Shown here piece after piece: positions 39,983-51,221 of a DNA stretch of 64,000 nt. The notes under the pieces were generated by a model, which was given only the letters and a program-made list of their open reading frames with translations, made no database searches and was not told the DNA's origin. Position 1 is the stretch's first letter. The number at the start of each line of letters is the position of its first letter. The position numbers and the translations under genes are program-made. The stretch comes from Methylococcaceae bacterium (GTDB lineage Bacteria; Pseudomonadota; Gammaproteobacteria; Methylococcales; Methylomonadaceae): NCBI GenBank assembly GCA_030626845.1, contig DAOUTG010000001.1, forward strand, positions 24,974 to 88,973, written 5' to 3'.

Positions 39983-41142
39983 TTCTTATTTCTCTTTGCA
40001 TTTTTAGTAATCTTTTTCATCGCTTCATAATGAATTCGAAATAAAAGGGCGACTGCAGAACACATAACAATAATACTGCCGCCACCATAACTCATAAAGG
40101 GTAGCGTTAAACCTTTAGTCGGTAACATCCCCATATTAACACCCATATTAATAAATGACTGAAAGGCAAACCAAACGCCTAAACCATAAGCAACAAAGGC
40201 TGAAAACCTTAATTTTACTTGTTCAGCTTGAATACCGATAACAAAGGCTCTCAAAATTAATAAACTATATAAAAGGATAACACTCAAAACTCCAATTAAT
40301 CCTAACTCTTCTGCGAGGACTGAAAATAAAAAATCCGTATGGGCTTCGGGTAAATAAAATATTTTTTGAACGCCACTTCCAAGCCCAACGCCAAAATATT
40401 CACCCCGTCCAAAAGCAATTAAAGCTTGTACTAATTGAAACCCTGTATTTTGAGCATCAGCCCAAGGATCTAAAAAACTGGTTATTCTAGCCAAGCGATA
40501 GTCAGAAGTATAAATTAATTCTTTGGCTAAAACAGCGATCACCCCGATTAAAATAACAAATTGCCATAATCGCGCGCCCCCTAAATACATTACCGCCATT
40601 GCAATCGTCAATAATACGACGGCTGAACCAAAATCAGGCTCTAATAAAAGTAAAACACAGGCAAGAGAAAATAAAAGTAAAGGCTTTAAAAGCCCAAAAA
40701 ATTCTTTTTCCACAATAGCTTGATGACGCACCACATAGCCTGAAACATAAATAACGGATGCAAATTTCATTAATTCTGAAGTTTGTATTCTCATCCCCAT
40801 GATAGCTAACCAACGACTACTGCCATTAACTTTAACGCCTAAACCTGGAACCAAGACTAAAACCAATAAAAATAAGCCGAAAATAAATAGAATTGAACCA
40901 TATTTTTCCCAAAACTGCATAGGAATTAAAACAACGACAAATGCGGCAATACCAGCAATAACGATGTGAATAAATTGTTTAATGGGGTAATGTAAGCTAT
41001 CCCCTGTCATTTTCACACCCAAATGCAATGAAGATGAGACCATTATCACATAACCTAAGCCAATTAACGATAAAGTAATGGTGAGTAAAAACCAGTCAAT
41101 ATAAAATAAAGGCTCAGACTGTTGTCGTTTTTTTATTGCCAT
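39967..41142 (-). CDS. ftsW: peptidoglycan glycosyltransferase FtsW (SEDS)
   Basis: Polytopic SEDS protein ('PSELMK', 'LPEAHTDF', 'LPFMSYGGSS'-like motifs). ATG 41142 lies 2 nt after the murD stop. Confidence 0.9.
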   Translation of the reverse strand: MAIKKRQQSEPLFYIDWFLLTITLSLIGLGYVIMVSSSLHLGVKMTGDSLHYPIKQFIHIVIAGIAAFVVVLIPMQFWEKYGSILFIFGLFLLVLVLVPGLGVKVNGSSRWLAIMGMRIQTSELMKFASVIYVSGYVVRHQAIVEKEFFGLLKPLLLFSLACVLLLLEPDFGSAVVLLTIAMAVMYLGGARLWQFVILIGVIAVLAKELIYTSDYRLARITSFLDPWADAQNTGFQLVQALIAFGRGEYFGVGLGSGVQKIFYLPEAHTDFLFSVLAEELGLIGVLSVILLYSLLILRAFVIGIQAEQVKLRFSAFVAYGLGVWFAFQSFINMGVNMGMLPTKGLTLPFMSYGGGSIIVMCSAVALLFRIHYEAMKKITKNAKRNKKWEDG

Positions 41143-41144
41143 GA

Positions 41145-42521
41145 TTAGGTCTCCAATGCCATCACCGCAGCGACAAAGCAATCCCCACGTTGTTGATAAT
41201 TTTTATATTGATCCATACTTGCACAAGCAGGAGAAAGTAAAACCGTATCACCTACCCTTGCAATTTTTGCCGCAAATAAAACGGCAGCTTGCATTGAATC
41301 AGCATGATACAAGGGAACACAATTATTTAAAGCTTGCTCAATCAATTTTGCATCTTGACCCATTAAGATAATATGCTTTACATTTTTTCTAACACTGAGT
41401 TGTAATTCATTCATATCAGCCCCTTTTGCATCGCCACCCGCCAATAAAATAACCTTATCATCATAGCCATTTAATGCTGCTATACAAGAACCTATATTAG
41501 TTGCTTTAGAATCATTAACCCAATGTACCCCCTTAATTTTTACAACAGTTTGCATTCGATGTTCAAGTCCTTTAAATTTTTTTAGAGCAAGACACATTTT
41601 ATTTAAATCTAGCCCGACTTCATAGCCTAAAGCCAGTGCTGCTAAAGCATTGGCTTTATTGTGTTTTCCTTCCAAAGGCAAATCATTACAAGGCATTAAA
41701 TAATTATTGTTATAAACTAAATAGTCACAATTTTCTTTACTTGCAAGATGAAAACCCAATGGTTTACACAAGCTAAACCACAAGGGTTTACGTCCTTGAA
41801 TCGCCATATTAACAACTTCTGGGTCATCGGCATTTAATACCATTCGCCCATTGCCTCTAAACACTTTTTCTTTTTCTAGACTATAAATTTCAGGCGTTTT
41901 ATGTCGGTCAAGATGATCTGCACTAATATTTAAAACCGTTGCTACGGTCGCATTTAATACATGGGTTCGTTCCAGTTGAAAACTTGATAATTCCAGTACA
42001 TAAAGTTCTGCATTCTCAATCAGTAAATCTAAAGCGGCTGTCCCTAAATTCCCACCAATCACGGTTTTTTTATCAGCAGCTTGCCCCATTTTACCCAGCA
42101 TGGTGGTTACGGTACTTTTTCCATTTGAACCCGTAATAGCAATAATCGGCGCATTGGTAGACAAAGCAAATAAATCTATATCACTAACAAGAACCGTTCC
42201 ATTAAGGCAAGCCGCCTTAATCTCAGGCTGATCCAAGGCAATGCCAGGGCTTACAATTAAATGCGTAGCCTCAGAAAAATCAATACTTTTAAAATCACCT
42301 GTTATTAATTTTACTGCGGGAAACTCACCCAATAATCGTTCGAGCATTGGCGGCTGTGTACGACTATCTATTAGGGTAAATTTGAAATAATAATGGCTTA
42401 AAAATCGAACAATAGAAAGTCCTGTTGCTCCCAATCCAACAACAAACACTGATGATCTCTCAGGATTTAATCCAAAAGACTGTTCTAATTGCCTAAGGAC
42501 TATATTATCGGCTAATCGCAT
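41145..42521 (-). CDS. murD: UDP-MurNAc-L-Ala--D-Glu ligase
   Basis: 'VVGLGATGLS' and 'ITGSNGKSTV' Mur ligase motifs. Confidence 0.9.
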   Translation of the reverse strand: MRLADNIVLRQLEQSFGLNPERSSVFVVGLGATGLSIVRFLSHYYFKFTLIDSRTQPPMLERLLGEFPAVKLITGDFKSIDFSEATHLIVSPGIALDQPEIKAACLNGTVLVSDIDLFALSTNAPIIAITGSNGKSTVTTMLGKMGQAADKKTVIGGNLGTAALDLLIENAELYVLELSSFQLERTHVLNATVATVLNISADHLDRHKTPEIYSLEKEKVFRGNGRMVLNADDPEVVNMAIQGRKPLWFSLCKPLGFHLASKENCDYLVYNNNYLMPCNDLPLEGKHNKANALAALALGYEVGLDLNKMCLALKKFKGLEHRMQTVVKIKGVHWVNDSKATNIGSCIAALNGYDDKVILLAGGDAKGADMNELQLSVRKNVKHIILMGQDAKLIEQALNNCVPLYHADSMQAAVLFAAKIARVGDTVLLSPACASMDQYKNYQQRGDCFVAAVMALET

Positions 42522-42525
42522 AAAA

Positions 42526-43608
42526 TTATCTTAATTTTAGGGAGGCTAAACCCACCAGCACTAAAATAAAGGTAATAATCCAAAAACGGACAATAATTCG
42601 AGGTTCTGGCCAACCTTTTAATTCATAATGATGATGAATCGGGGCCATTTTAAAAACCCGCTTACCTCTTAATTTAAAAGAGGTCACTTGAATAATAACG
42701 GATAAAGTTTCAATAACAAAAATACCGCCCATAATGAACAAGACTAATTCTTGCCTGACTAAAATAGCCAATACTCCCAAACCTGCGCCCAATGCTAATG
42801 AACCGACATCGCCCATAAAAACCATCGCAGGATAAGTGTTAAACCATAAAAAACCTAAACCAGAGCCGACTAATGCCCCGCAAAAAATAATTAATTCACC
42901 ACTATTAGGTAAATAGGGTATACCTAAATATTGGGAAAAATCAACATGCCCCGATAAATAAGCAAAAATACCCATACCCGCAGCTATCATCACGGTTGGC
43001 ATAATTGCAAGCCCATCAAGTCCGTCTGTAAGGTTGACGGCGTTACTTGTTCCAACAATGACAAGATAACTCAAAACAATATAACCCCAACCTAATTCCA
43101 AAACAATATCTTTAAAAAATGGCACAATTAATTGCGTTTCAGCAGGTAAAGAGGCGGAATGATATAAAAATACGGATGCAAACAGACCCACAATGGATTG
43201 ATATAAATATTTTGAACGTGATGACAAACCATCACTATTCCCCATCATTACTTTTTTATAATCATCAATAAAACCAATGATTCCAAAGCCACCTGTTACT
43301 AACAAAACCACCCAAATATAACGATTCTCTAAATTAGCCCACAATAACGTACTAACAGTAATAGCGACTAAGATTAAAGTTCCGCCCATCGTAGGCGTTC
43401 CCGCTTTTTTAAAATGAGTTTCAGGCCCATCATCACGTACGCTTTGACCAATTTTATCTAGGGTTAATTTTCTAATCATCCAAGGGCCAATCATAAATGA
43501 AATAATTAATGCGGTTAGCGTCCCTAAAATTGCTCTAAAAGTTAAATATTGAAAAACTCTAAAACTGCCGTCCAATGACATCAAAAAATCAGCTAAATAC
43601 AATAGCAT
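42526..43608 (-). CDS. mraY: phospho-N-acetylmuramoyl-pentapeptide transferase
   Basis: '[12 protein letters not shown]', 'KAGTPTMGG', '[13 protein letters not shown]' and 'APIHHHYE'. Confidence 0.95.
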   Translation of the reverse strand: MLLYLADFLMSLDGSFRVFQYLTFRAILGTLTALIISFMIGPWMIRKLTLDKIGQSVRDDGPETHFKKAGTPTMGGTLILVAITVSTLLWANLENRYIWVVLLVTGGFGIIGFIDDYKKVMMGNSDGLSSRSKYLYQSIVGLFASVFLYHSASLPAETQLIVPFFKDIVLELGWGYIVLSYLVIVGTSNAVNLTDGLDGLAIMPTVMIAAGMGIFAYLSGHVDFSQYLGIPYLPNSGELIIFCGALVGSGLGFLWFNTYPAMVFMGDVGSLALGAGLGVLAILVRQELVLFIMGGIFVIETLSVIIQVTSFKLRGKRVFKMAPIHHHYELKGWPEPRIIVRFWIITFILVLVGLASLKLR

Positions 43609-43611
43609 CGT

Positions 43612-44976
43612 TTATTTCCTAAAATTATCTATTAATGCCGCAGCAACATGTTCCATGCCCTGTGATCGTGAACCTTTAATTAATAACACTTCATCACCTT
43701 TAAGCTCGGCCTTTAAAGCGGTAATCAAAGCGGCTTGATTTTTAAAAAACAAAGCCCCTTCGCCAAAACTTTCAACACTATATTGTGCCTCAATACCGAC
43801 TGCAAACAAACGTTTTACGCCTTGCTGACGAATTAATTGACCTAGTTGTCGATGAATTTCTATACTCTCTTCCCCTAGTTCACCAAAAGCGCCCAAAATA
43901 AGCCATGAATCACCCTGACAAAATTTTAAAACTTCTAAAGCAACATTGAGGGAGGCAGGATTTGCATTATAACTATCATCAATAACGATATTACCATAAC
44001 GGCTAACCCAAGGTTGTAACCGTCCTTTTACGGGAGAGACTAAGGCTAATCCTTGCTGAATTTGTTCAAGTGAAATATTAACGGCTAAAGCGGCTGTCGT
44101 TGCAGCAAGCGCATTGTAAACATTATGTTCACCTGCTAATTGTAGCCGAATAGCTATTTTTTCAGTTGCCGTATGTAAATTAAAACAAGTAACGAATGCA
44201 TTATTTTCAATCGTTGCGTTTATATCACCCGCATAAACGTCTGCTGTTTTATCATCAAGAGAAAACTTATAATGTGGACGGTTACCTGCCATTGCGACCC
44301 ATAGAGGATAAAAATATTCATCTTGATTAAGAATTGCTGTTCCTGAAGATTTTAGTCCTGCAACAATCTCTCCTTTTGCTTTAGCAACACCTTGTAATGA
44401 ACCAAAGCCTTCAAGATGGGCTTCACTGACATTATTAATTAAAGCGATATTAGCTAAAGCATAACGACTGCTAAAAGCAATTTCTTTACGATGATTAGCC
44501 CCCATTTCAATAACAGCATAACGATGCTGTTCTGATAAATTTAATAAGGTTAGAGGAACGCCTATTTCATTATTTAAGTTCCCTTGTGTTGCTAAAACAT
44601 CGGCATTAACTGCTAAAATAGTTGCCAGCATCTCTTTAACCGTTGTTTTGCCATTACTCCCTGTAATTGCAAAAATAGTGGCTGTACTTTTTTGTCGCCA
44701 TAAACTTGCCAGTTCTGCTAGGGCTAATCGTGTGTTTTTAACAACTAGTTGAGGTAACAAACTTTTTACTTGATGCTCAACTAATAAAGCAGATGCCCCT
44801 GCAAGCTCTGCTTGTTCTGCAAAATCATGACCATCAAAATTTTCACCTTTAAGTGCAATATATAAATCGCCTTGTTGTAAACTACGACTATCAATGCTTA
44901 CTGAATTAATATCAATGCCCACACCAATTAGATGCGCTTTAAGTTGTAAAGCAATTCTATCCAAATTTAATTTCAT
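43612..44976 (-). CDS. murF: UDP-MurNAc-tripeptide--D-Ala-D-Ala ligase
   Basis: 'ITGSNGKTTVKEM' motif. ATG 44976 overlaps the murE stop (ATGA); an upstream ATG at 44988 is also possible. Confidence 0.85.
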   Translation of the reverse strand: MKLNLDRIALQLKAHLIGVGIDINSVSIDSRSLQQGDLYIALKGENFDGHDFAEQAELAGASALLVEHQVKSLLPQLVVKNTRLALAELASLWRQKSTATIFAITGSNGKTTVKEMLATILAVNADVLATQGNLNNEIGVPLTLLNLSEQHRYAVIEMGANHRKEIAFSSRYALANIALINNVSEAHLEGFGSLQGVAKAKGEIVAGLKSSGTAILNQDEYFYPLWVAMAGNRPHYKFSLDDKTADVYAGDINATIENNAFVTCFNLHTATEKIAIRLQLAGEHNVYNALAATTAALAVNISLEQIQQGLALVSPVKGRLQPWVSRYGNIVIDDSYNANPASLNVALEVLKFCQGDSWLILGAFGELGEESIEIHRQLGQLIRQQGVKRLFAVGIEAQYSVESFGEGALFFKNQAALITALKAELKGDEVLLIKGSRSQGMEHVAAALIDNFRK

Positions 44977-46442
44977 AAGGTTTTCCATTGCTGTAAAGCT
45001 TGTTTAATGACCGTTTGATCGCTAAAGGGATACTTTATCCCTTTAATATCCTGATAATCCTCATGTCCTTTTCCTGCAATTAAAATACAATCATCTTGAG
45101 ATGCTTGCATAATAGCCCTTGTGATTGCCTGCTTTCTATCTTTAATAATAATTACCTTATTCCTATCACACCCGAGTAAAATATCGCCGATAATGGAATC
45201 ACTTTTTTCATGACGTGGATTATCATTGGTAATTATCACTTGATCTGCTTGATGACAAGCAATTTGTCCCATTTGCATTCGTTTTCCTTTATCTCTATCC
45301 CCGCCACAACCAAAAACTAGCGATACTTGTTGATGGTGATGTTGTTTTAAAGCGGTGAGTGTTTTTGCTAACGCATCAGGCGTATGTGCATAATCGACAA
45401 AGACTTGAGGCTCTTTATTTCCCCCAAATCGCTGCATTCTTCCTGAAATATCCTTGAGTGCTGAGGCTTTTTTTGCCGCATTTTCTAAAGAGACCCCTGT
45501 CGCCAATAAAGTCGTAATAACTGCCAGTATATTTTCAATATTAAATAGCCCATAAAAATGACAACAGACTGTTGATTTCTGTTCGCGATAACATACATTA
45601 AAGCTAAGTCCTGTATTAATTAATCGAATATTTTCAGCGAGAACATTGTGTTCGTGTTCAATTACTTTCCCTGTTCGACTAAACGTCCATAAAACCACTT
45701 TTTCAGACAATGCGCCAATAATTCGCACACCATAAGCATCATCTAAATTAATAACGGCAAATTCTAGTTCGGGACGTTTAAAAAATGAAAGTTTAGCTTG
45801 AAAATAAGCCTCCATAGACCCGTGAAAGTCTAAATGATCTTGCGTTAAATTCATGAATACAGCTCCTTTAAATTCAACGCCATTAACACGTTCTAACGCT
45901 AAACCATGAGAGGAAACTTCTAAAGTGAGCTGTTGTTTTTCTTGATTAACACAATCAGCTAACATTGACTGAAGTATCAGTGCATTAGGGGTTGTATTTT
46001 GAGTTTCTTTTAAATTCCCCCATTCCCCCCAACCTAAAGTTCCAATGACAACGGATTTAGGTTGCATTTGCGCTAAAAATTGACTACAACTCGTTTTACC
46101 ATTAGTTCCTGTAATGCCAATAATAGCCAGTTTTTTTGCAGGGTAATGATAAAACCGAGCCGCAATATAACCGAGTTTAAACGCAAGTTTATTTATTTTA
46201 ATTAAAGCGGTATTTTTTAATTTATCGGCTAATTTTTCGCCGTCACCTTCAGGCTCATAAATAATAGCAGATGCCCCTTGTTTTATAGCTTGTGCGGCAT
46301 AATATAAACCATGTTTTTTTTCACCCGCTAAGGCAAAAAAAACATCACCTACTTTCACTTGATTACTATGAACTGTAATTCCTGAAACCTCAATATCTAA
46401 TGACGTTTCCGCAAAACCTGCGATTAATTCATTAAGTTTCAT
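44973..46442 (-). CDS. murE: UDP-MurNAc-L-Ala-D-Glu--2,6-diaminopimelate ligase
   Basis: 'GITGTNGKTS' and the DAP-specific 'DNPR' motif ('TNDNPRHE'). Confidence 0.9.
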   Translation of the reverse strand: MKLNELIAGFAETSLDIEVSGITVHSNQVKVGDVFFALAGEKKHGLYYAAQAIKQGASAIIYEPEGDGEKLADKLKNTALIKINKLAFKLGYIAARFYHYPAKKLAIIGITGTNGKTSCSQFLAQMQPKSVVIGTLGWGEWGNLKETQNTTPNALILQSMLADCVNQEKQQLTLEVSSHGLALERVNGVEFKGAVFMNLTQDHLDFHGSMEAYFQAKLSFFKRPELEFAVINLDDAYGVRIIGALSEKVVLWTFSRTGKVIEHEHNVLAENIRLINTGLSFNVCYREQKSTVCCHFYGLFNIENILAVITTLLATGVSLENAAKKASALKDISGRMQRFGGNKEPQVFVDYAHTPDALAKTLTALKQHHHQQVSLVFGCGGDRDKGKRMQMGQIACHQADQVIITNDNPRHEKSDSIIGDILLGCDRNKVIIIKDRKQAITRAIMQASQDDCILIAGKGHEDYQDIKGIKYPFSDQTVIKQALQQWKTL

Positions 46443-46500
46443 TTTATCCTTATTGTAATGTTATATTTTAAGAAATAAGGTTTAATTACTTCCAAAAATT

Positions 46501-46539
46501 TTGCCTGCGTAGGGTGGACATAACCCCCTAGGCAGGCAA
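46501..46539 (-). terminator. long imperfect hairpin terminator downstream of acnB
   Basis: TTGCCTGC-G-TAGGG...CCCTA-G-GCAGGCAA (8 + 5 bp stem). On the minus strand it is followed by AATTTTTGG. Confidence 0.55.
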
Positions 46540-46665
46540 TATTATATTATTATGGTCTCATTCTCTAAGCACCTTCAAATGATAAATTCTAGCAAATTAT
46601 TAAAAAACCGACAAATAAGCTGTTCATTATAGCTACCTAAATCAAAGTTCTCAGATATTTTAAAA

Positions 46666-49233
46666 CTAAGCCAGCTTTACGCTATCAGCCTTATCCTGAT
46701 AATCTTTAATTTTATCAAAATTTAAATAACGATAAGTATCCTCATTTGTTGATTGAATTTGCTCAACATAAGACATATATTCCTTAAACGTTGGAATTTT
46801 TCCCATAATTGAACACACCGCCGCTAACTCTGCCGACGCTAAATAAACATTAGCATTATTGCCTAAGCGATTAGGAAAATTTCGAGTTGAAGTCGAAACC
46901 ACCGTTGCATTATCAGCCACTCGTGCCTGATTCCCCATACACAAAGAACAACCAGGCATCTCCATCCGCGCCCCTGATTTTCCAAAAATACTGTAATAAC
47001 CTTCCTCGGTTAATTGCGTTTGATCCATTTTAGTTGGGGGAGAAACCCAAAGTTGCGTTGGCAGACGACCTGCATAATTATCCAACAATTTTCCTGCGGC
47101 ACGAAAATGTCCAATATTAGTCATACATGACCCCAAAAAGACCTCATCTATTGGCGTATTTTCCAACGCAGATAAAGGCTTAACATCATCAGGATCATTA
47201 GGACAAGCTAACAAAGGTTCTGTAATTGTATTTAAATCAATTTCAATAATTTCAAAATAATCTGCATCGGCATCAGGCTTTAATAAAACAGGATTATCCA
47301 ACCAATTTTGCATTGCCATGATACGTCGTTCAAGGGTTCGTTTATCTCCATAATCGGTCGCTAACATCCACTTTAACAAAGTAATATTCGAGGTCATGTA
47401 TTCTGCAATCGGTTCTTTATTCAAGCGAATAGAACACCCCCCCGCTGATCGTTCTGCCGAAGAATCAGAGAGTTCAAAAGCTTGTTCTACTTTCAAATCA
47501 GGCAAGCCTTCTATTTCCAAAATTCGCCCAGAGAAAATATTTTTCTTACCCTTTTTCTCAACTGTTAATAATCCTTTTTGAATAGCAACATAAGGAATTG
47601 CATTCACTAAATCACGCAAGGTAATTCCAGGCTGCATTTCACCTTTAAAACGAACCAAAACCGATTCTGGCATATCTAAAGGCATCACCCCAGTTGCCGC
47701 TGCAAAGGCAACTAAACCTGAACCTGCAGGGAAAGAAATACCCAGTGGAAATCGTGTATGTGAATCGCCGCCGGTCCCTACCGTATCAGGTAATAACATC
47801 CGATTTAACCATGAATGAATAATGCCATCGGCAGGATGCAAAGCAACACCGCCTCGGTTCATAATAAAATCAGGTAAACTATGCTGCATCGCCACATCAA
47901 CAGGTTTAGGATAAGCTGCCGTATGACAAAACGATTGCAGAACCAAATCAGCCGAAAACCCCAAACAAGCCAAATCTTTTAATTCATCACGCGTCATAGG
48001 CCCTGTGGTATCTTGAGAACCCACAGTTGTCATTTTAGGTTCACAATAACTATGGGGTAAAATACCTTCAACTCCACACGCTTTACCCACAATTTTTTGT
48101 GCTAAAGTAAAGCCTTTACCTTTATTATCAACAGCCGTTGGACGACAAAAAACAGTTGAAGTTTCAAGACCGAGTGCTAGTCGCGCTCTATCGGTTAAAC
48201 CACGCCCAATAATTAAAGGAATCCGCCCCCCTGCCCTAACCTCATCTAAAATAACCGCTGTTTTTAATGAAAATTCACAAACCAATTCATCACTATCATG
48301 CCTTTTTACTAACCCTTGATAAGGATAAATATCAATAATATCTCCCATCGCCAATTGAGTCACATCACATTCAAACGGCAGCGCCCCTGAATCTTCCATC
48401 GTATTAAAAAATATGGGGGCAATTTTTCCGCCGATACACACACCACCCGCGCGTTTATTAGGGACATAAGGAATATCATCGCCTGTATACCATAGAACAG
48501 AATTAGTGGCTGATTTTCGTGACGAACCTGTTCCTACAACATCACCCACATAAGCGACAGGAAAACCTTTTTCCTTTAAGGTCTCAATTTGCGCCGCAGC
48601 ATTCGTAATTCCCTCTCTTGAAATTTTCAACATCGCTTTAGCATGTAGAGGTATATCTGGGCGTGACCATGCGTCGGGGGCAGGCGATAAATCATCGGTA
48701 TTTGTTTCGCCTGTCACTTTAAAAACGGTGACCGTTAATTTTTCTAAAACCCCAGGTTTAGTTGTAAACCAATCTGCATCTGCCCATGATTGCAGAACTT
48801 GTTGAGCAAAAACATTGCCCGCTTTAGCTTTTTGTTCAACATCATAAAAAGCATCAAAAATTAATAAACTATGAGATAAAGCCTTCGCCGCAATAGGCGC
48901 AAGTGATTCATTATCTAGCAAGGAAATTAGGGGGGCTATATTATATCCGCCTAACATCGTTCCTAATAATTTCGTTGCTTTAGCCGCATCAATAATAGGT
49001 GAGATAGTTTCAGAATGAGCAAGAGCGGCTAAAAAACCTGCTTTAACATAAGCCGCTTCATCAACACCTGCAGGAACACGATTAATCAATAAATCTAAAA
49101 TAAATGCCTCTTCATTGATGGGGGGCATTTTGACAAGATCAACGAGTTCTACAATCTGTTCTGCACTCAATGGCAAAGGGACAATTCCTTCAGCAGCACG
49201 TTCTGCTACGTGTTTGCGGTATTGCTCAAGCAT
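46666..49233 (-). CDS. acnB: bifunctional aconitate hydratase 2 / 2-methylisocitrate dehydratase
   Basis: '[22 protein letters not shown]' is near-identical to the E. coli AcnB N-terminus. 855 aa. Confidence 0.95.
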   Translation of the reverse strand: MLEQYRKHVAERAAEGIVPLPLSAEQIVELVDLVKMPPINEEAFILDLLINRVPAGVDEAAYVKAGFLAALAHSETISPIIDAAKATKLLGTMLGGYNIAPLISLLDNESLAPIAAKALSHSLLIFDAFYDVEQKAKAGNVFAQQVLQSWADADWFTTKPGVLEKLTVTVFKVTGETNTDDLSPAPDAWSRPDIPLHAKAMLKISREGITNAAAQIETLKEKGFPVAYVGDVVGTGSSRKSATNSVLWYTGDDIPYVPNKRAGGVCIGGKIAPIFFNTMEDSGALPFECDVTQLAMGDIIDIYPYQGLVKRHDSDELVCEFSLKTAVILDEVRAGGRIPLIIGRGLTDRARLALGLETSTVFCRPTAVDNKGKGFTLAQKIVGKACGVEGILPHSYCEPKMTTVGSQDTTGPMTRDELKDLACLGFSADLVLQSFCHTAAYPKPVDVAMQHSLPDFIMNRGGVALHPADGIIHSWLNRMLLPDTVGTGGDSHTRFPLGISFPAGSGLVAFAAATGVMPLDMPESVLVRFKGEMQPGITLRDLVNAIPYVAIQKGLLTVEKKGKKNIFSGRILEIEGLPDLKVEQAFELSDSSAERSAGGCSIRLNKEPIAEYMTSNITLLKWMLATDYGDKRTLERRIMAMQNWLDNPVLLKPDADADYFEIIEIDLNTITEPLLACPNDPDDVKPLSALENTPIDEVFLGSCMTNIGHFRAAGKLLDNYAGRLPTQLWVSPPTKMDQTQLTEEGYYSIFGKSGARMEMPGCSLCMGNQARVADNATVVSTSTRNFPNRLGNNANVYLASAELAAVCSIMGKIPTFKEYMSYVEQIQSTNEDTYRYLNFDKIKDYQDKADSVKLA

Positions 49234-49300
49234 TTTCTAGTTTCCTTTAGGTTGATTTTAGGCATTAATTAAAGATAATTTTATCATGATTGAGCTTTAA

Positions 49301-49471
49301 ATACAGAGCTTGGGTTGTTACCCATGGGGTTTAAAAATAGACCATGATCTCAATGCGGCAATCAATTTGAAAAATTAGAGCTTAAAAGCGGTCAGTTTGC
49401 CCGCTATATTGGGAACTAGCAAGCTTTGGCTTCAAAATACCGAAGTAAAACTAGCTAGGATGAAGCAATGA
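49301..49471 (+). pseudogene. tnpB: 3'-terminal relic of an IS200/IS605-family tnpB gene (in-frame TAG)
   Basis: Reads 'IQSLGCYPWGLKIDHDLNAAINLKN*SLKAVSLPAILGTSKLWLQNTEVKLARMKQ*'. Contains the RuvC-III D(R/H)DxNAAxN block and a typical ...MKQ tail. One internal stop; nothing upstream. Confidence 0.6.
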
Positions 49472-49681
49472 TTTAATACGATACTGATTTGCCAATAGAC
49501 GGTACAGTACGAGCAAAAACAACAAAAGATATTATCAATGATATTTATCTGTACCAAGAACCTGCCAAGGAAAAAGTCAGGAAAGACATCAATAAAAGAA
49601 CGCGCGATAAAGATAGAATGATCAGAGAAACTTACTCAAGTGATGACTTTAAACTAATCATGACTAAACTTTAAGTAATAG

Positions 49682-50683
49682 TTAATTGCTCTCAGGTTTT
49701 TGTTCACGTGTTAATAAATTTTGCACCGCAATACGGGGATCTAAATTTTCATAAAGCACTTTATAAGTTTGCTCAATAATAGGCATTTCAACTTGATGTT
49801 TTTTTGATAAGAAATAGGCTTCCTTTGCAGCAAAAATACCTTCAACTTCTTGACCAATTTCTTTGATTGTTTCAGCCTGATTTTTTCCTTGTCCCAACGC
49901 CAAACCAAAACGACGATTACGTGATTGGTTATCGGTACAAGTTAAGACTAAATCGCCTAAACCCGCCAAGCCCATGAAGGTTTCTTTTTGTCCACCAAGT
50001 TGCGTTCCTAGCCTAATACTTTCTGATAGTCCACGGGTAATTAACGCAGCACGCGTATTGGCTCCAAAGCCTAAACCATCGGCAATCCCTGCTGCAATGG
50101 CTAATACATTTTTAATTGCCCCCCCTACTTGTACACCAATCATATCGGTACTGGTATAAGCTCTAAAACGGGGATTGTGTAATAAAATAGCTAGTTTATT
50201 GGCAAGCTCTAAATTTTCTGAGGCAATAGTAATCGCCGTCGGTAAATCTGCAGCAACTTCCTTAGCAAAAGTAGGGCCTGATAAAACGGCAGTCGCTGTC
50301 GTCTCAAATAAATTTTGCGTGACGATTGAGTCAAGTAATGCCCCTGTTTCAGAACAAAAACCTTTCGTTGCCCAAGCAATTTGGGTTTTATCACTAATAA
50401 AAGGTTTTAGCTTGAGTAATGTGGTTTTGAAAGCATGACTTGGAACAGAAATTAATAATAGCTCACTAAAGGCTGCAACTTCGCTTAATTCAGCACTAAG
50501 ATTGAGTTTATCAGGAAAGTTGATTCCAGGGAGATAATGCTTATTTTCTCTATTTTGTTTGAGTTTGGAAATACGCTGAGGGTTATGACCCCATAATAAA
50601 GTCTGACAGCCATTTCTGGCTGCCAAAATCGCTAAAGCTGTTCCCCAAGAACCTGCCCCTAAGATACTGATTTTAGCGGTCAT
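49682..50683 (-). CDS. gpsA: NAD(P)H-dependent glycerol-3-phosphate dehydrogenase
   Basis: 'ISILGAGSWGTALA' Rossmann motif. ATG 50683 lies 10 nt after the secB stop; the ORF-track 5' extension overlaps secB. Confidence 0.9.
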   Translation of the reverse strand: MTAKISILGAGSWGTALAILAARNGCQTLLWGHNPQRISKLKQNRENKHYLPGINFPDKLNLSAELSEVAAFSELLLISVPSHAFKTTLLKLKPFISDKTQIAWATKGFCSETGALLDSIVTQNLFETTATAVLSGPTFAKEVAADLPTAITIASENLELANKLAILLHNPRFRAYTSTDMIGVQVGGAIKNVLAIAAGIADGLGFGANTRAALITRGLSESIRLGTQLGGQKETFMGLAGLGDLVLTCTDNQSRNRRFGLALGQGKNQAETIKEIGQEVEGIFAAKEAYFLSKKHQVEMPIIEQTYKVLYENLDPRIAVQNLLTREQKPESN

Positions 50684-50693
50684 TTGATATAGA

Positions 50694-51188
50694 TTAGTTA
50701 ATACTATCAGAACCAGGTGCTTGTTGTACTTGCGCTTGTTGTAGGTGTTGGGTATAAAGTGCCTCAAAATTAACAGGGGCTAATAATAACTGTGGAAACC
50801 CACCTTTACTGACTAAATCAGAAATGACTTCTCTTGCATAAGGAAATAGAATATTAGGACAAAAACTTCCCATCATCGGTCCCATTTCTTCTTCACTAAA
50901 ACCTGTTAAGGTAAATACGCCTGCTTGAGAAACTTCAACTAAGTAAGCTGTTTTTTCTTCACCACATTTAACGGTGACGGTAACGCTTAATGAAACTTCA
51001 TAGAGATTATCTTCTAAGGGGGTTACATTAGTCCCCAAATTAAAATCAACTTGAGGCTCCCATTTGTCGATAAAAATCTGAGGTGAATTAGGGGTTTCAA
51101 ATGAAATATCTTTAGTATAAATTTTTTGAATTGAAAAGTTTTTAGCTTCTACCGTTCCGTCTTCTTGTGTTTGATTTTCTTCGGCCAT
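50694..51188 (-). CDS. secB: protein-export chaperone SecB
   Basis: '[22 protein letters not shown]' matches E. coli SecB '[22 protein letters not shown]'. Confidence 0.9.
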   Translation of the reverse strand: [164 protein letters not shown]

Positions 51189-51221
51189 AATAATAGTGTT
51201 GTGTAGAGTTAATGAATTAAG

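Noticed and set aside
49489-49674. 61-aa plus-strand ORF (TTG start) rich in K/D/R, just after tnpB relic 2.
   Set aside because: No ATG, no Shine-Dalgarno motif, no recognisable motif. It lies in IS-scar DNA, so support is insufficient to call a gene.
50684-50767. Upstream ORF-track starts for gpsA (50767), ftsW (41181), murC (38951), ddl (36628), hisZ (26104), the cytochrome (4237), ackA (10943) and tlpA (53950).
   Set aside because: The extensions overlap the preceding gene or use TTG. The internal ATGs give canonical N-termini (Rossmann motif, signal peptide) and classic ATGA/TAATG coupling with the upstream stop.
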